Shown: positions 37,741-51,142 of the stretch, in pieces | How positions within the stretch are numbered: position 1 is the stretch's first letter | Layout: each line of letters starts with the position of its first letter | Assembly (NCBI GenBank): GCA_036785375.1 | Contig: JAWMAR010001515.1 | Location: forward strand, 186,001 to 250,000 | Length of the DNA stretch: 64,000 nt | Direction: 5' to 3' | From: Leucoraja ocellata | Taxonomy: Eukaryota | Notes under the pieces: model-generated | The model's input: only the letters and a program-made list of their open reading frames with translations | What the model was told of the DNA's origin: nothing | The model's database searches: none | Program-made: the position numbers and the translations under genes

Positions 37741-39062
37741 TCAATAGCACACATGAAATCAGTGATGAGAATCTTCAAATTTATGAAAAAAAACATAAGA
37801 AACCACATCATGAAATCTAGAAGAACCACTTAGCTTGATTTTGTCTTCACTACAAAGCGGGGAGCTTAGATTTGAAAACTGCTGTGAAGACGCTCAGTTC
37901 ACCATACTTTGTTTGAGGGGACTGCCTGCCGCCAAAAGAAACCTGGCTGTTTGTAAGGATCCATCTCGGATAGTCGGGGTGAAACCAGATTTACTAAAGA
38001 AAGAGGACATCTCAGATGTCCTAGAGTGGTAAACCTCATCATGGGAGGATGAGGCAAAGACAAAGAAATTGACAGGAAGCTCCTCCCCCCCCCACACACA
38101 CATAACTTCTCTTTCCAGCTTTCTCTCTCCTACCAATCAGTCTGAAGAAGTGTCGCAACCCCAAAACATCATCCGCCCATTCCATCCATGGATGCTATCT
38201 CACCCTCTGAGTTCCTCCAGTGTTTTGTTTTGTGTTTTTTGGAGCCTTCCCTCATAGTGGAAAACTTTGATCCCGCTTTGTGGGAATGTTTGTGTTAAGA
38301 CTTTGTGTTATGTGCACTTTATTACTCGTATGGCTGTATGGCGACCACCCATTTCACTGTACCAATTGGTACATGTGGCAAATAAATGTATCTTGTATCT
38401 TGTATCTTGTTTTGCTCCAGTACAGCATCTCTGTTCTAGGTTCTTCTAATGATTACTTCTTGCTGCACTAACACAGGAATGATTGTCCCACAACAAGATT
38501 AGAGAATGCAGGCTGGCTGTTAGGTCAGCACAGTAAATGGAGAATTGGACCAAGAGTTGCATCTACATGGAGCTATTCGTAAAGACCCATAACAAGTTAC
38601 TCAGTTAAACAATGTTTGCCATCCAGTCACTATGTTCTGTTGGGAGGCACAGAAGCCTGCTAAGCCTGCTAAGTTTCACAATGATTGACAAACCGGGAAA
38701 AAAATTAACCAGGATTATAACGAAATGGGCTCCAGGGCCATAATGTGTACTTTTGCTTCATTTCTTTGAGATGTGTTTGTGCCATGCAGGGTAAAGAGCT
38801 CTACATCTTGAAGTGCCAATGAAAAAGTGGTATGTGTACCAGAACCAAAACTATCAACTAGAACACAAATATCATAAATATCTCCTGCCTGACAAAACAC
38901 ACAGCCAAAGTCTTTAGGAATTTACTGACCAGCTCAATGAACACATTTCATCTGAAAACTTCAAAAAACTTTGTGACAAATAAAAACATTCTCCTAGTAC
39001 TACTACAGAAAATTAAAATTATATAAATTATGCAATAATTTTAATTTTGCATATTATCTTAC

Positions 39063-39226
39063 CTTCTGGCATGGTGCCTCAAGCTTTGTACACAAGCCAT
39101 CTTGCTTCTGCATGTAGTTGTAAACCATTTCTGCCAACGTTTTAAATGTTGATCTTCTTGTAATGAAAAAGCCTCCTTCATCCAACCGTCTGATTTTATA
39201 ATGTTTCACAGTATCTCCATCACGAA
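39063..39226 (-). CDS. FRK: FRK SH2 C-terminal exon, 164 bp
   Basis: (V)RDGDTVKHYKIRRLDEGGFFITRRSTFKTLAEMVYNYMQKQDGLCTKLEAPCQK; ttgcag acceptor and gtaaga donor. Confidence 0.95.
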
Positions 39227-39469
39227 CTGCAAATTAGGTCATAAAAAATAAATAAACAAAACATAATTCAAAATACATTTTATTCAATCAGTTTTTATAC
39301 AGAAGTGGTGATGGTTGATCAATAACAATGTGAATGAGATAACACTGCATTTAAATCAAAGTTTCATTGCCTCTGGGGCTTTGATATGAATTAACTTGGA
39401 CATATCATACTGTTCGAATGGATTTTTAGGCATCAATTAATATTAGTTAAAAAAAATTAAAATAGCGGA

Positions 39470-39603
39470 TAGCAAGCACCCAATGGAAACCCCTGTGGTC
39501 ACAGGGAAAATGTGCAAACTCCACACAGACAGCACCCGAGGTCGGGATCGAACCCGGGTCTCTGGCGCTGTGAGGCAGCAGCTCTACCTGCTGCGACACT
39601 GTG
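39470..39603 (-). mobile_element. HE1/V-SINE-like 5' part
   Basis: Minus strand GTAGAGCTGCTGCCTCACAGCGCCAGAGACCCGGGTTCGATCCC (intact B box), then V-domain start. Confidence 0.8.
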
Positions 39604-39677
39604 TTTGTATGTACTAGGTGAAGAGTAGGACAGTCACACTTCAAACACAGAAAGTTGATTATACAGATGTAACAAGT

Positions 39678-39807
39678 GCAGGAAGGAACTGGGGATGCTG
39701 GTTTAAACCGAAGATAGACACAAAAAGCTGGAGTAACTCAGCGGGAGGGCAGCATCTCCGGAGATAAGGAATGGGTGACGTTTCAGATCGAGACCCTTCT
39801 CCAGGCA
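39678..39807 (-). mobile_element. Short Penelope-derived unit with 9-bp TSD
   Basis: GTAACAAGT at 39669-39677 and 39808-39816; contains a degenerate hammerhead core. Confidence 0.75.
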
Positions 39808-40734
39808 GTAACAAGTTATACATTTCATAACAAGCTATACATTTCAGTAAAATAAATTAGAGGAGTCAATGCAAATTAAATGGTTCGCATTTGAAGGGAA
39901 TGCAGGACCAGAAGACCAATGCGTAAGCAAACAAAAGTCTCGGATAATGACAGAAACTGAATATGCAGACTTGGCTTTTTAAATGGCAGGACAACATGCT
40001 ATTTGCTGACTTTTAAGCACCATTGGTCAGATACCAGCCGGAGTACTTGAGTCAACTTTGCCTGCACATTTTAGGGAGCAAATTAAGGCTCAGCATTGAT
40101 GCAGAAAATAATGCCAGGATAACGTTTCAGCAAAAGACTTCCATATAATAGAGATGAAAATTAAGTTGTTCCCCCTCGCACAAAGGTTTTTATGGAAGGA
40201 TTTAAAACTGCGGAAGATTTTGATGGAAGAAAACTCTAATTCTCTATTTCTAATAGCAGAAAGAATGCTAACCATCAAGAATGGATTTACAGTAATTGAC
40301 GAAATCCAACTTGACAAAAAAGTTAACCAGCCTGTAATTATGATCTGCGACACACTGCTAGAAAGGATTATGATAGCACATTGAAAAATAATGTTAAATA
40401 AAGTGAATTGGATACAATATTACATGGAACAGAAACATTTTTGAAGTGAGACACTGGTTCGAGGAGTACTTGTAAGTAAACAGATGTGGGGATAAAACAT
40501 GCAAAGCTCAGCTTAATGGGCAAACATGTAGATATTTCAACCCATACATTTATTGACTTTAATGTCCATTATCATTGCAATGCTGTCTTAGAAAGATTGA
40601 GGACAGTTACTCAGGAAGCTATAATGGTTGGGAAATGTTGGACGATTTAATGAATGTAATGTATTGAAGAAGGACTTTGAGATTCAATTATGCCTAGCAT
40701 GAACTTAATGACTAAAATTAAATTAAAAAGGAGC

Positions 40735-41750
40735 TATAAACCTTATGACCACATGAGCCAGCTCTGCCATTCATTATTCATCTTCAATTAGTACTATTTT
40801 CCAGCACTATTCTCATTTGCCATGATTCCCAAAAATCTATCAATCTCTGTTTTGAATGAAAACAATTAAACCTCCACAGTCCTCCAGGGTAGAGAATTTC
40901 AAAGGTTCATGGTCGTCTGACAGAAGAAATGTCTTCTTCTTTTGGTCATAAATGGTCTATCCTTCATTTCAAACTGGTCTCCTGATCTTAGAATCTTCCG
41001 TCAGGGCCAACATCCTCCTGACTTTCAACTGGTCAAATACTAGTTATAAGATTTGATGAGATGTTCTCTTACCTTCTAAACTCTCAAGATGTCTTATCTG
41101 TATCTCCTCATTCACAAAACGCTACCATCCCCAGAAGGAGTCTAGTGAATTTTCACTGTACTCCTTCAATGGCAAGTACCACCTTTACTTAGTTAATTAG
41201 ACCAAAACTCAACACAATACTCTAGGTGCAATCACACCAAGGCTCTGTACAATTACCTTAAGGCAATACAATACAATACAACGGTTTATTTGTCACATTG
41301 CACAAGAAGTGCAAGTGAAATGATATGTCAGCAGCGATACAATGATAAAGGGCCCCACCGGCATTCTTACTCCAGTAATCAAACTTTCTTGTAAAAGGCT
41401 ACTGCATCATTTGTTCTCCTAACTGCTTGCTATATCTGCAAGTTGACCTTTGGTACCTTTTCTACAAACACACCTGGGTCATTTTGATCATCTAAACAAC
41501 CCATTCTCTCACTAAGTGTCCGTTATTTGTACATAATGGATGTTCTCCCATTTTCCACATTATATTCCATTTGCCATATTCTTGCCCACTCATCCAACTT
41601 GTCAAAGATCCCCTTGAAAACCTTTTACACCCTCCTCCATATTCACAAGTTTGGTATCACCAGCAAACTTGAAGACATTTCATACCTCAGGCAAGTTGCT
41701 TGTCTAGATTATAAATACTGGAGATCAAGCATTGATCCCTATACTGTTCA
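40735..41750 (-). mobile_element. Old degraded CR1
   Basis: Reverse complement of CR1 RT/3' motifs (gaccaaaactcaacacaatactctaggtg; ttccatttgccat). Confidence 0.6.
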
Positions 41751-43267
41751 ATAATTAATTCACACTGCATATCAAAATATTACCCCCATTCCATGTGCTT
41801 TAACTTTATCAATCCGCCTCCATCATGGTTACTAAAATATTCTAAAATTATGAAGAGAAAATCACATTTGATTACTTATGTTATTCAAAATCTAGAGATT
41901 TATTCACATCTATCAGGATGAAAACGTTCAAAGTGCAAGATAAGCAAGGTAAGGAACAACCCTTCAGAAACATAACAGATGAAAAGAACGAACACCCTGA
42001 AGCTAATCAATTTTATTCTGTTTGAAATTAAACTGCAAGAGTGCTCCATAGATGTGCGTAATCAATTCCATGTTTCTGAGCAGAAATTTCAGCAGAGGTA
42101 ATGTAGCTTTGCAAACTGATGACCTTACACTGTTGCCCATCAAACTCACTTGAGAAATATTGACAATAATGAAGAATAAAGCATGAGCTTGAATATTAAA
42201 GCTTTAATTGACATCAAAACTTGATTGAATTATCAGATCAATATAATTATTTCTTCTATATGTGTGACCTGATAAATTGATTTCCGTATAAAGATCACAG
42301 CTGTGTGCATTCTACAACTTTAAGAAAAAGTACTGTGCATGCATTTATACAAATGTACTCGTCCCAAAACTAATTTTGGATTGCTGCAGCCACAAGCAGT
42401 AAAGAGAACTGTTGTTAAGAAATGCTTTATTTATAATATTCTAAAACTTTAAATCATTAAGGGAAGGTAATTCTTTCCATTTCAGACATATGTCACAGCA
42501 CATCACAGTGTAAGACACATTCTATCATAACAATAGACTGGAGTTTGTGATAGATGATGACTGCACACCCTTTCAAAGTGAAGAAATATGCAGTAAAATC
42601 TAGTGATCACAGGCCTATAAAGAGTTTTGTCAGGTGGGGTAATCAGGTGGTAGGGACGCCAGTGGCTGGAAAGGATCAGTATGGTGGTGCAGAGAGTTAT
42701 AGGGGCCCAGAAGGAGAACACCTACATCATCTCTACCTGAGTACTGGTCTTGGAACTGCTCAAAGTCCCCTTCAATCATACTACTGAGGAACAAACAAAG
42801 CTAGGAAAACCCGGCGGGGTTGTAATAGCCAAAGGACAAACATAACTCAGAGCAGTATAACATAATTTTGCCATCAACATTTTTGCTCGACAACAGACAT
42901 CATTACAGGTATATTGAATGCAGAGACCATTGGCTTTAAAAATGCTTTTTGTGATAGGCAGTATCCAGTCGAATAAAAGTACAGCTTTCCATCTAACTAA
43001 ATATAACTGATGCCCACTAAGATTGAAGATAAGTGTTGAAGATGCTCATCTGCCATTACATTACATTACATTTTTATTTTACATATCTCTCATACACCAC
43101 ATTGAGCCCTGGTCACCTAAACAATAAGAATGCTTGTGTCAAAGGGTGATTCGTTGATGACAGCTTTGCCTTCAACACCATAAGTGTGGGTCTTGGATTG
43201 TTTTGTAATGTAAAAAACGGTAGAAATTATATTTTGTTCAAACCTAGGTTTGAATGACAATAAATTG

Positions 43268-43310
43268 CATTCTATTCTATTCTATTCTATTCTATTCTAT
43301 TCTATTCTAT
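43268..43310. repeat. (TATTC)n microsatellite, probable LINE tail
   Basis: Follows AATAAA near 43259. Confidence 0.85.
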
Positions 43311-43624
43311 AATACAGACTCTCATCCCTAAAGTTCTGGGCCTGGCCTTGGGGACTCCAGGCATTTCCTCCACCCTGACCCTCAATACTGATGTCCCTCA
43401 GGCTTATGTTATCAGTCCTTCGCTCTTCGCTCTATACACCATGGCAGTGTGGATAAGTACAACGCCAACTAGATCCTTGAGTTCACCATAGATGCCACTG
43501 TTGTCAACCGGCTCAACTACAATGATTCGAAAGAGTACAGAAAAACATAAAAAACCTCATGCCATGGCGATAGGCCAACAGTCTTGCCCTCATCCTCAGC
43601 AAGACAAAAGATTAAGCAGAATGG

Positions 43625-44855
43625 CACAAGAAAACCTGGACTCACTGCATTTCGCTTACCGCCAAATCAGATCAACGGTGGAAGCGATCTTGCTGGCTCT
43701 CCACTCCGCTCTGGACCACTTGGACAACAAAAACCCATGTGTCAGGCTGTTATTCATTGACTACAGCTTGGCATTTAACACAATCATCCCTTCCAAGCTG
43801 GTAACCAAACTCTCAGAACTGGGTCTCTGCGCATCTCTCTGCAATTGGATCCTCGACTTCCACATTCACAGACCACAGTCTGTCCATATTGGTGGAAATG
43901 TGTCAGCCTCGATAACAATCAGCATGGGAGCACCTCAAGGCTGCATGCTCAGCCTCCTGCTGTACTCAGTCTATACTCATGACTGCGCAGCCGGACATAG
44001 TGCGAACTCCACTGTTGTGGGACGTATCACTGATGGAGATGAGTCAGAGTGTAGAAGTGAGATCGACCGTTTGACCAAATGATGCCAGCACAACAACCTG
44101 GCTCTCAACACCAGCAAAACCAAGGAACTGATTGTGGACTTTGGAAGAGGTAGGATGTGGACCCATAGTCCCGTTTATATTAACGGGTCGATGGTGGAGA
44201 GGGTCAAGTGCTTCAAATTCCTGGCCGTGCATATCTCTGAAGATCTCTCCTGGTCCGAGAACACGGATGCAATTATAAAGAAAGCACATCAGTGCCTCTG
44301 CTTCCTGAGAAGATTACGGAGAGTCGGTATGTCAAGGAGGATTCTCTCGAACTTCCACAGTAGAGATCATGCTGACCGGTTGCATCGTGGCTTGGTTTGG
44401 CAACTTGAGCACCCAGGAGCGTAAAAGACTGCAAAAAGTTGTAAACACTGCCCAGTCCATCATCAGCTCTGACCTCCCCACCTTCGAGGGGATCTATCGC
44501 AGTCGCTGCCTCAAAAAGGCTGTCAGCATCATCAAGGACCCACACCATCCTGACCACTCACTCATCTCCACGCTGCCTTCAGGTAGCAGGTACAGGAGCC
44601 TGAAATCGGCAACATCCAGGTTCAGGAATAGCTGCTTCCCCACAGCCATCAGGCTATTAAACTCAACTCAAACAAAACTCTGATCATTAATAGCCCATTG
44701 CACTTTATCTGTTTATTTATGTGTGTATATATATTTTCATTGGTATATGGTCACACTGATCAGTTCTGTTCTGTATTTTGTGCTGAAGCAAAGCAAGAAT
44801 GTCATTGGCCTATCTGGGACACATGACAATAAACTCTCTTGAATCTTGAATCTTG
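43625..44855 (+). mobile_element. Rex1/Babar LINE 3' half
   Basis: [62 protein letters not shown]; (TCTTGAA)n tail. Confidence 0.9.
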
Positions 44856-45426
44856 ATTATACTTCAAAGGAATCGAACAAGTGCAAAAATATTAAAGTAC
44901 TATAATGGAATAACCAAATCAGGTAGAGTAAAGAGTAGGAATACATGGCAGCACCTTGTATATTGTTGGCCAAAGGAGGGGAGGGCAAGAACACAACACT
45001 ATCTTCAGCCATGCAGCTGCTGTAAAGATGAACAACAGCTTCAGGTTCCGAGACATCCACACTACCAGCAACCTAAACTGCTCTCTTGACATTGATGTGG
45101 TGATCAAGATAACGCATCAACATAATTACTTTTTTAGGCGTCTAAGTATTTTCGGCTAAAGAGGATTCAATGTGTCCATGAAGGTTCTCTTGAATTTCTA
45201 AAATGCATTTCATCCTGACATAACAATTGCTCTGCTCTTAACCACCTGAACCTGCAGATAGTGGTAAACACAGCCCAGTCTATCTCAGGCTTGTCACCTC
45301 TTTTAATCCTGTTCATCTTCATGCCACATTGCATTGGGAAGGCTGGAAGTATCGTTAATCATGTCTGCCACCCTCGTCATTCCCTCGTCTCTCTTCTACC
45401 TTTTCAGAGAAAGCTTGGATGTCCAG

Positions 45427-45993
45427 TTTTTTTTTGTTTTCTTTTTTGATTTTTTTTTATTAGAAACAAATGTACAAAAATATAACCAACGGCATATGAA
45501 ATAATACAGTTATTATACATCTTCAATTTTAACTTTTAGAAGAAAAGAAAGGAGAAAAAGCAAGAAAGAGAAAAAGTGAAATGTGCCAAGATAGAACCAC
45601 TAGACTACCAAAGTGATATAGCCAAAGAGTGAGTAAATGAAAGAAAGAAGAAGGGAAAATAAAAAAATAAGAAAAATAAAAAGACAAAAAAGAGAAAGAA
45701 AGATAAAAGTGGTGATATACCAACTTTGCATCCCTCCCCACCCATCACCCAACCTGTAATTACATTTAACTCCAAAGTTGTGTTGTACCATACTATCCTT
45801 GTAATACATCAATGAATGGTGTCCATGTCTTTGAAAAAGGATCTGGTTTTTCTGCTAAGACAAGTCTAATATTTTCAAGATGTAGCATCTCAGACATGTT
45901 TGTAATCCACATTTTAAGAGTAGGGATAGATTTAAGTTTCCAAAATTTGAGTATTAGTTTTTTTGCTGTTATCAGGCCATGATTAAGGAAACC
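45427..45993 (-). mobile_element. L1-clade LINE 3' end with 10-bp TSD
   Basis: Minus strand LITAKKLILKFWKLKSIPTLKMWITNMSEMLHLENIR..FSKTWTPF (L1 ORF2 C-terminus-like); A-rich tail; GGATGTCCAG at 45417-45426 and 45994-46003. Confidence 0.75.
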
Positions 45994-46479
45994 GGATGTC
46001 CAGATTTAAGAGCAGTTCTTCCCCACTGCTTCCAGACTCCTGAACCAACTACCTTTAACAACCACTTTACTCCTACTCTTAACTCTACTTGGTATGGTTA
46101 TTCTGTTATTGTACTTTAAACATTTTTGCACTCGTTTGAATTATTTTGTGGTACAATCTTGCACCATCCTGCTGTTTTACATTTGTCGTTGCATGTATTG
46201 TTATATTTATATTTACTGCCTATCCCACTTCCTCTGTAAACTTCATGTGCATATGGAATTTTATTGCACCCTGGTGTAAGTGTTTGTGACAATAAACTAA
46301 TCTGAATCTGAACATGTAGAACTAGTTCAGAAAGCATCTGCATGCCTAAAATAGTGGTGTGGGGGGGGAGACAAACTGGAAATACAAGGATGAAGTTAAA
46401 GGGAAAGAGAGTATAGGAAAAGTTTAAAAATACACCAGAATTAACGGGGCAGAAAGCTCAGGATGGGATAGGAGAGTAT

Positions 46480-48605
46480 GGCAAAGTGAAATAGGAATCG
46501 ATGTGAAAGATTAGGGGAGTAATGGATTAAAAGTATTATATATAAATGCAAGACGTATAAGAAATAAAGTGGATGAGCTTGAGGCCCAGTTAGAAATTGG
46601 CAAGTATGATGTTGTAGAATTACAGAGACATGTGCTAAGGTAATGCTATGGTTATGGGAGATTTCAACATGCAGATGGACTGTGAAAATTAGGTTGGTAC
46701 TGAACCCCAAGAAAGGGAGTTTGTGGAATGCCTCCGAGATGGATTCTAAGAGCAGCTTGTACTGGAGCATATGGGGAGAAGGCAATTCTGCATTTAGTCG
46801 TGTAACTTTTTAAAAAAGGTGGGAGAAAGAAAACAGGGAATTATAGACCAGTTAGCCTGACATTGGTGGTGGGGAAGATGCTGGCGTCAATTATAAAAGA
46901 TGACGTAGCGGCACATTTGGAAAGCAGTAACAGGATCGGTCCGAGTCATCATGGATTTACGAAGGGGAAATCATGCTTGACAAATCTGGAATTTTTTGAG
47001 GATGTAACTAGGAAAATGGACAAGGGAGAGCCACCTGGACGTTCAGAAAGCATTTGATAAGGTCCCACATAGGAGATTAGTGGGCAAAATTATTTATTTA
47101 TCTATTTATTTATTGATTTATTTTTTGGTTAGAAGTAAGTACAATAATGTGGTACCACAGTACCTAATACATATTGACATATTACATTTCATATACAACT
47201 TCTTATTTTTAATTTAATAACAACAGAAGGAAGAAAAGAGTAGAAAAAGAGAGAGTATCATAGAGATTGGTGCATGAGATAGTAAGGTAGCACGAAAGAA
47301 GAGAGAAGTACACAAAACGGTACAGAAGAATAGAGAAGAGAGAGAAATAGAAAATAAGAAATAGGGAGAAAAAGAGAAAGAAAAAAAGTAGATAAAAAAG
47401 GAGATTGAGGGAGATATACTTATTTAATGTTCTTGGCCACCCGTCACCTGATTCTGAAACATTTGATTTCTACAGTTGTGCTGCACCATATGCTTGTAAA
47501 AAGCGTGGGCAAAATTAGAACACATGGTATTGGGGGTAGGGTCTGACATGGATAGAAAATTGGTTGGCAGACAGGAAACAAAGAGTAGGGATTAACGCGT
47601 CCCTTTCAGAATGGCAGGCAGTGACTAGTGGGGTGTCACAAGGCTCGGTGTTGGGACCGCAGATATTTACAATATACATTAATGATTTAGCTGAAGGGAT
47701 TAAAAGTAACATTTGCAAATTTACAGATGACACAATGCTGGGTGGCAGTGTGAACTGTGAGGAGGATGCTATGAGAGAAAATACAGGGTAACTTGGACAG
47801 GTTGGGTGAGTGGCCAGATTCATGGCAGATGCAGTTTAATGTGGATAAATGTGAGGTTATCCCCTTTGGTAGCAAGAACAGGAAGGCAGATTATTATCTG
47901 AATGGTGTCGTTGGGAAAAGGGGAAGTACAACGAGATCTGGGGGTCCTTGTTCATCAGTCACTGGAAGTAAGCATGCAGGTACAGCAGGCAGTGAAGAAA
48001 GCAAATGGCATGTTGGCCTTCATAACAAGAGAAGTTGAGTATAGGAGGAAAGAGGTCCTTGTACAGGGCCCTAGTGAGACCACACATGGAGTATTGTGTG
48101 CAGTTTTGGTCTCCAAATTTGAGGAAGGACATTCTTGCCATTGAGGGATTGCAGAGTAGGTTCACGAGGTTAATTCCCGGGACTGTCATATATAGATAGA
48201 ATGAAGCCACTGTGCTTGTATACACTGGAATTTAGAATGAAAGGGGATCGTATTGAAACATATAAGATTATTAAGGCATTAGACATGCTAGTGGCAGGAA
48301 ACATGGTCCCAATGTTGGGGGAGTCCAGAACCAGGGGCCACAGTTTAAGAAAAAGGGGTAGGCCATGTAAAACGGAGAAACGTTTTTACCCAGTTGTGAA
48401 TCGGTGGAATTCTCTGTCTCGGAAGGCAGTGGAGGCCAATTCCCAGGATACCTTCCAAGAGAGAGTTAGACAGACCTCTTAAAGATAGCGGAGTCAAGGG
48501 ATATGGGGAAAAGGCATGAACGGGGTACTGATTGTGGATGATCAGCCATGATCACAGCTAATGGTTCGAAGGTCTGAATGGCCTACTCCTGTAACTATTG
48601 TCTAT
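46480..48605 (+). mobile_element. CR1 LINE, fragmented (endonuclease pieces, RT, 3' UTR)
   Basis: NYRPVSLT, HGFTKGKSCLTNLEFFE, SGVSQGSVLGP..KFTDDT, 3' tail. Confidence 0.88.
47093..47504 (-). mobile_element. L1-like 3' UTR insertion with 13-bp TSD inside CR1
   Basis: GTGGGCAAAATTA at 47080-47092 and 47505-47517; (TAAA)n-like tail; resembles 45427-45810. Confidence 0.75.
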
Positions 48606-50176
48606 CGTCTGCTTTTGTCTAAAGTAGGCCTACTGTCCAAGTAAGCATGGGATAGTCATTTCGGATAACTATTAAATCCATCAAATGGTCTATTCCAGTC
48701 AATTGGAAGGTAAAATAGTATGTTGATTTTTTTGTTTAGTTCTGTCTTTCGCATCTTATCTCTCAGGACGTGTAATGCAAACAATATAGAAAAGAAAGAA
48801 AAAGTAATTTGATATGTGAAAGATTGATTTGGTTCCTGAAATAAATTAAATTGCTCCTCACAATCCAAGATTTCATTAAACAAAATCATTATCATTCACA
48901 ATCATTCCTCACAGTCCAGGATTTATTTAAGCAAAAATATTTCACCTCTGATCTCAACTCAAACGAACATCTCAAAAAGAAGCTATTCAAATTTATCTGG
49001 GCTAAATATTTCAGCAAAACATTCTTATTTTCCACCCATATTCTAGAATTACAGTGAGTGGACCAAAGATAGATTAATTGAAACCATTTTACATTGAATG
49101 AAATTTGAAAAATAATACTTTTGTTAAGAAATTAGCCCGTCTACAATTAGAAGTTTCACTTTGTGTAACTTGGACAACACACACAAAATGAAAAGTAAAT
49201 AAATTGGGGGAAATGTTCCTCCCAGAATAATTGAACATTAAAATAAAACATACTCAGATGGGGCTGAACTGAATATATGCAAGAATAAAATTTGAATAAA
49301 GGAATAAATATCAATATGAATATATGCAAGAATAAAATTTGAATAAAGGAATAAATATCAAAATGGATAATTAAATAGACACTGAAACACTGACTAAGAT
49401 CAAGGACTGTATAACTTTCTGCAGATGTGATCAGATCCATGCTTTTTCTCAACAGATTCCAAAAGTGATTTGCAAATAGATCAATTATTTTATTTGCTCA
49501 ATGCAAACTGCTTTGTTCAATGTGGGTGAACTTTGCAGTCTCAAAATCTATATTAATTTTCCCACACTGCTGCCTTAAAAAGTGTTGTAAAATAATGTAT
49601 TTCTTCGCTTCTTTCTTTTTTCACCAGAATGTTACATGGGCATGCAGGCTTGGGTTATAGGGAGAGGCTTGATAGGCTGGGAATTATTTGGAACATAGGA
49701 TGCTGAGTGGTGGTTTTATTTAAGTGTAAATATCATGATGGGCATGGATAAAGTGAACACTTTTTCTCAGAGTAGAGGATTTTAAAACTAGAGGACATTA
49801 GCTTAAGATGAGAGGGAAGAGATTAAAGAGGGATCTCAGGGAAAACTTTTTCACTCAAATTATAGTCTGTATCTTAAATGAACTGTCAGACGAAGCTATA
49901 GAAGCAGGTACAATTCTGAGGGGTCGGAGGCATATGCACCAAATGCAGGTAAATAGGCCTAGCCTAGAATGTCAATTTGATCAACATGGACATTGAGCCG
50001 AAGGGCCAACTTCCATGTGGACAGCTATATGACTCAATGCTTCGCACTCCTTTGGAACATCAATCTCAGATCTTTTTTTGATTCAATCCGTACACCAATC
50101 GCAACAGCAATGGCAAAGGATGAGATAAACGTGAAGGATGCATTAGAACTATATATATTGTCCATGTATGAATAAG

Positions 50177-50303
50177 ATAGACACACAATGCTGGAGTAAC
50201 TCAGTGGGACAGGCAGCAGCATCTCTGGAGAGAAGGAATGGGTGACATTTCGGGTCGTGACACTTCTTCAGTTGGATCTTTCGGGTCGAGACCCCTCTTC
50301 ACC
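50177..50303 (-). mobile_element. Penelope-derived end with two tandem hammerhead-like cores
   Basis: ggtgacatttcgggtcgtgacacttcttcag followed by tttcgggtcgagacccctcttca. Confidence 0.7.
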
Positions 50304-50551
50304 GTGTATCATGGTCATGTAGTTAATGATTATAAGTTTGGGATTAAAATTTATTTCCTAAAAGAGTAAAACAGCAGAATAGTGAATCAATTAGACCCTG
50401 CCCAGATAGACTGGCAAAAAGAAATTTGAAATGAATTTAGCAGGGCTACTTCTGAACAACAAGGATAATATCCATGCATGCGTTTCAAACCAGACGACAG
50501 ATAATGAACAAGATTCCTAAAGAGCCATGAACAAAAAAAGTTAGAAAGTTA

Positions 50552-50716
<165 letters not shown>

Positions 50717-50765
50717 TTAAATAGGAACTGTGAAATGGTTGGCAGCAAGGCAAGCAGAACATCAT

Positions 50766-51142
50766 TCAAAAAGGCACAACAGAGGATGTACTTCCTGCGG
50801 CAGCCGAGGAAGCACAATCTGCCACAGGCAATGATGGTCCAATTCTACACGGCCATCGTAGAGTCTGTTCTCACCTTCTCCATCATGGTCTGGTTTGGCT
50901 CAGCCACCAAGCACGACACCTGGAGGCTGCAGCGAATCGTCCGATCAGCAGAGAAGGTTATTGGCTGCAACCTTCCCTCCATTGATGAACTGTACACTGC
51001 AAGGGCCAGGAAGCGAGCGGACAAGATCATCTCTGACCCCTCTCACCCTGGCCACAAACTCTTTGAATCACTTCCCTCTGGAAGACGACTCCGGATTGTC
51101 AAATCTGCCACAGCCAGACATAAAAACAGTTTTTATCCACGA
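50766..51142 (+). mobile_element. Rex1/Babar 3' fragment
   Basis: KKAQQRMYFLRQ..SHPGHKLFESLPSGRRLR; very similar to 23597-23972. Confidence 0.88.

Noticed and set aside
39520-39603. tRNA gene
   Set aside because: The B box is present but continues into a V-SINE body with no cloverleaf; it is a SINE head.
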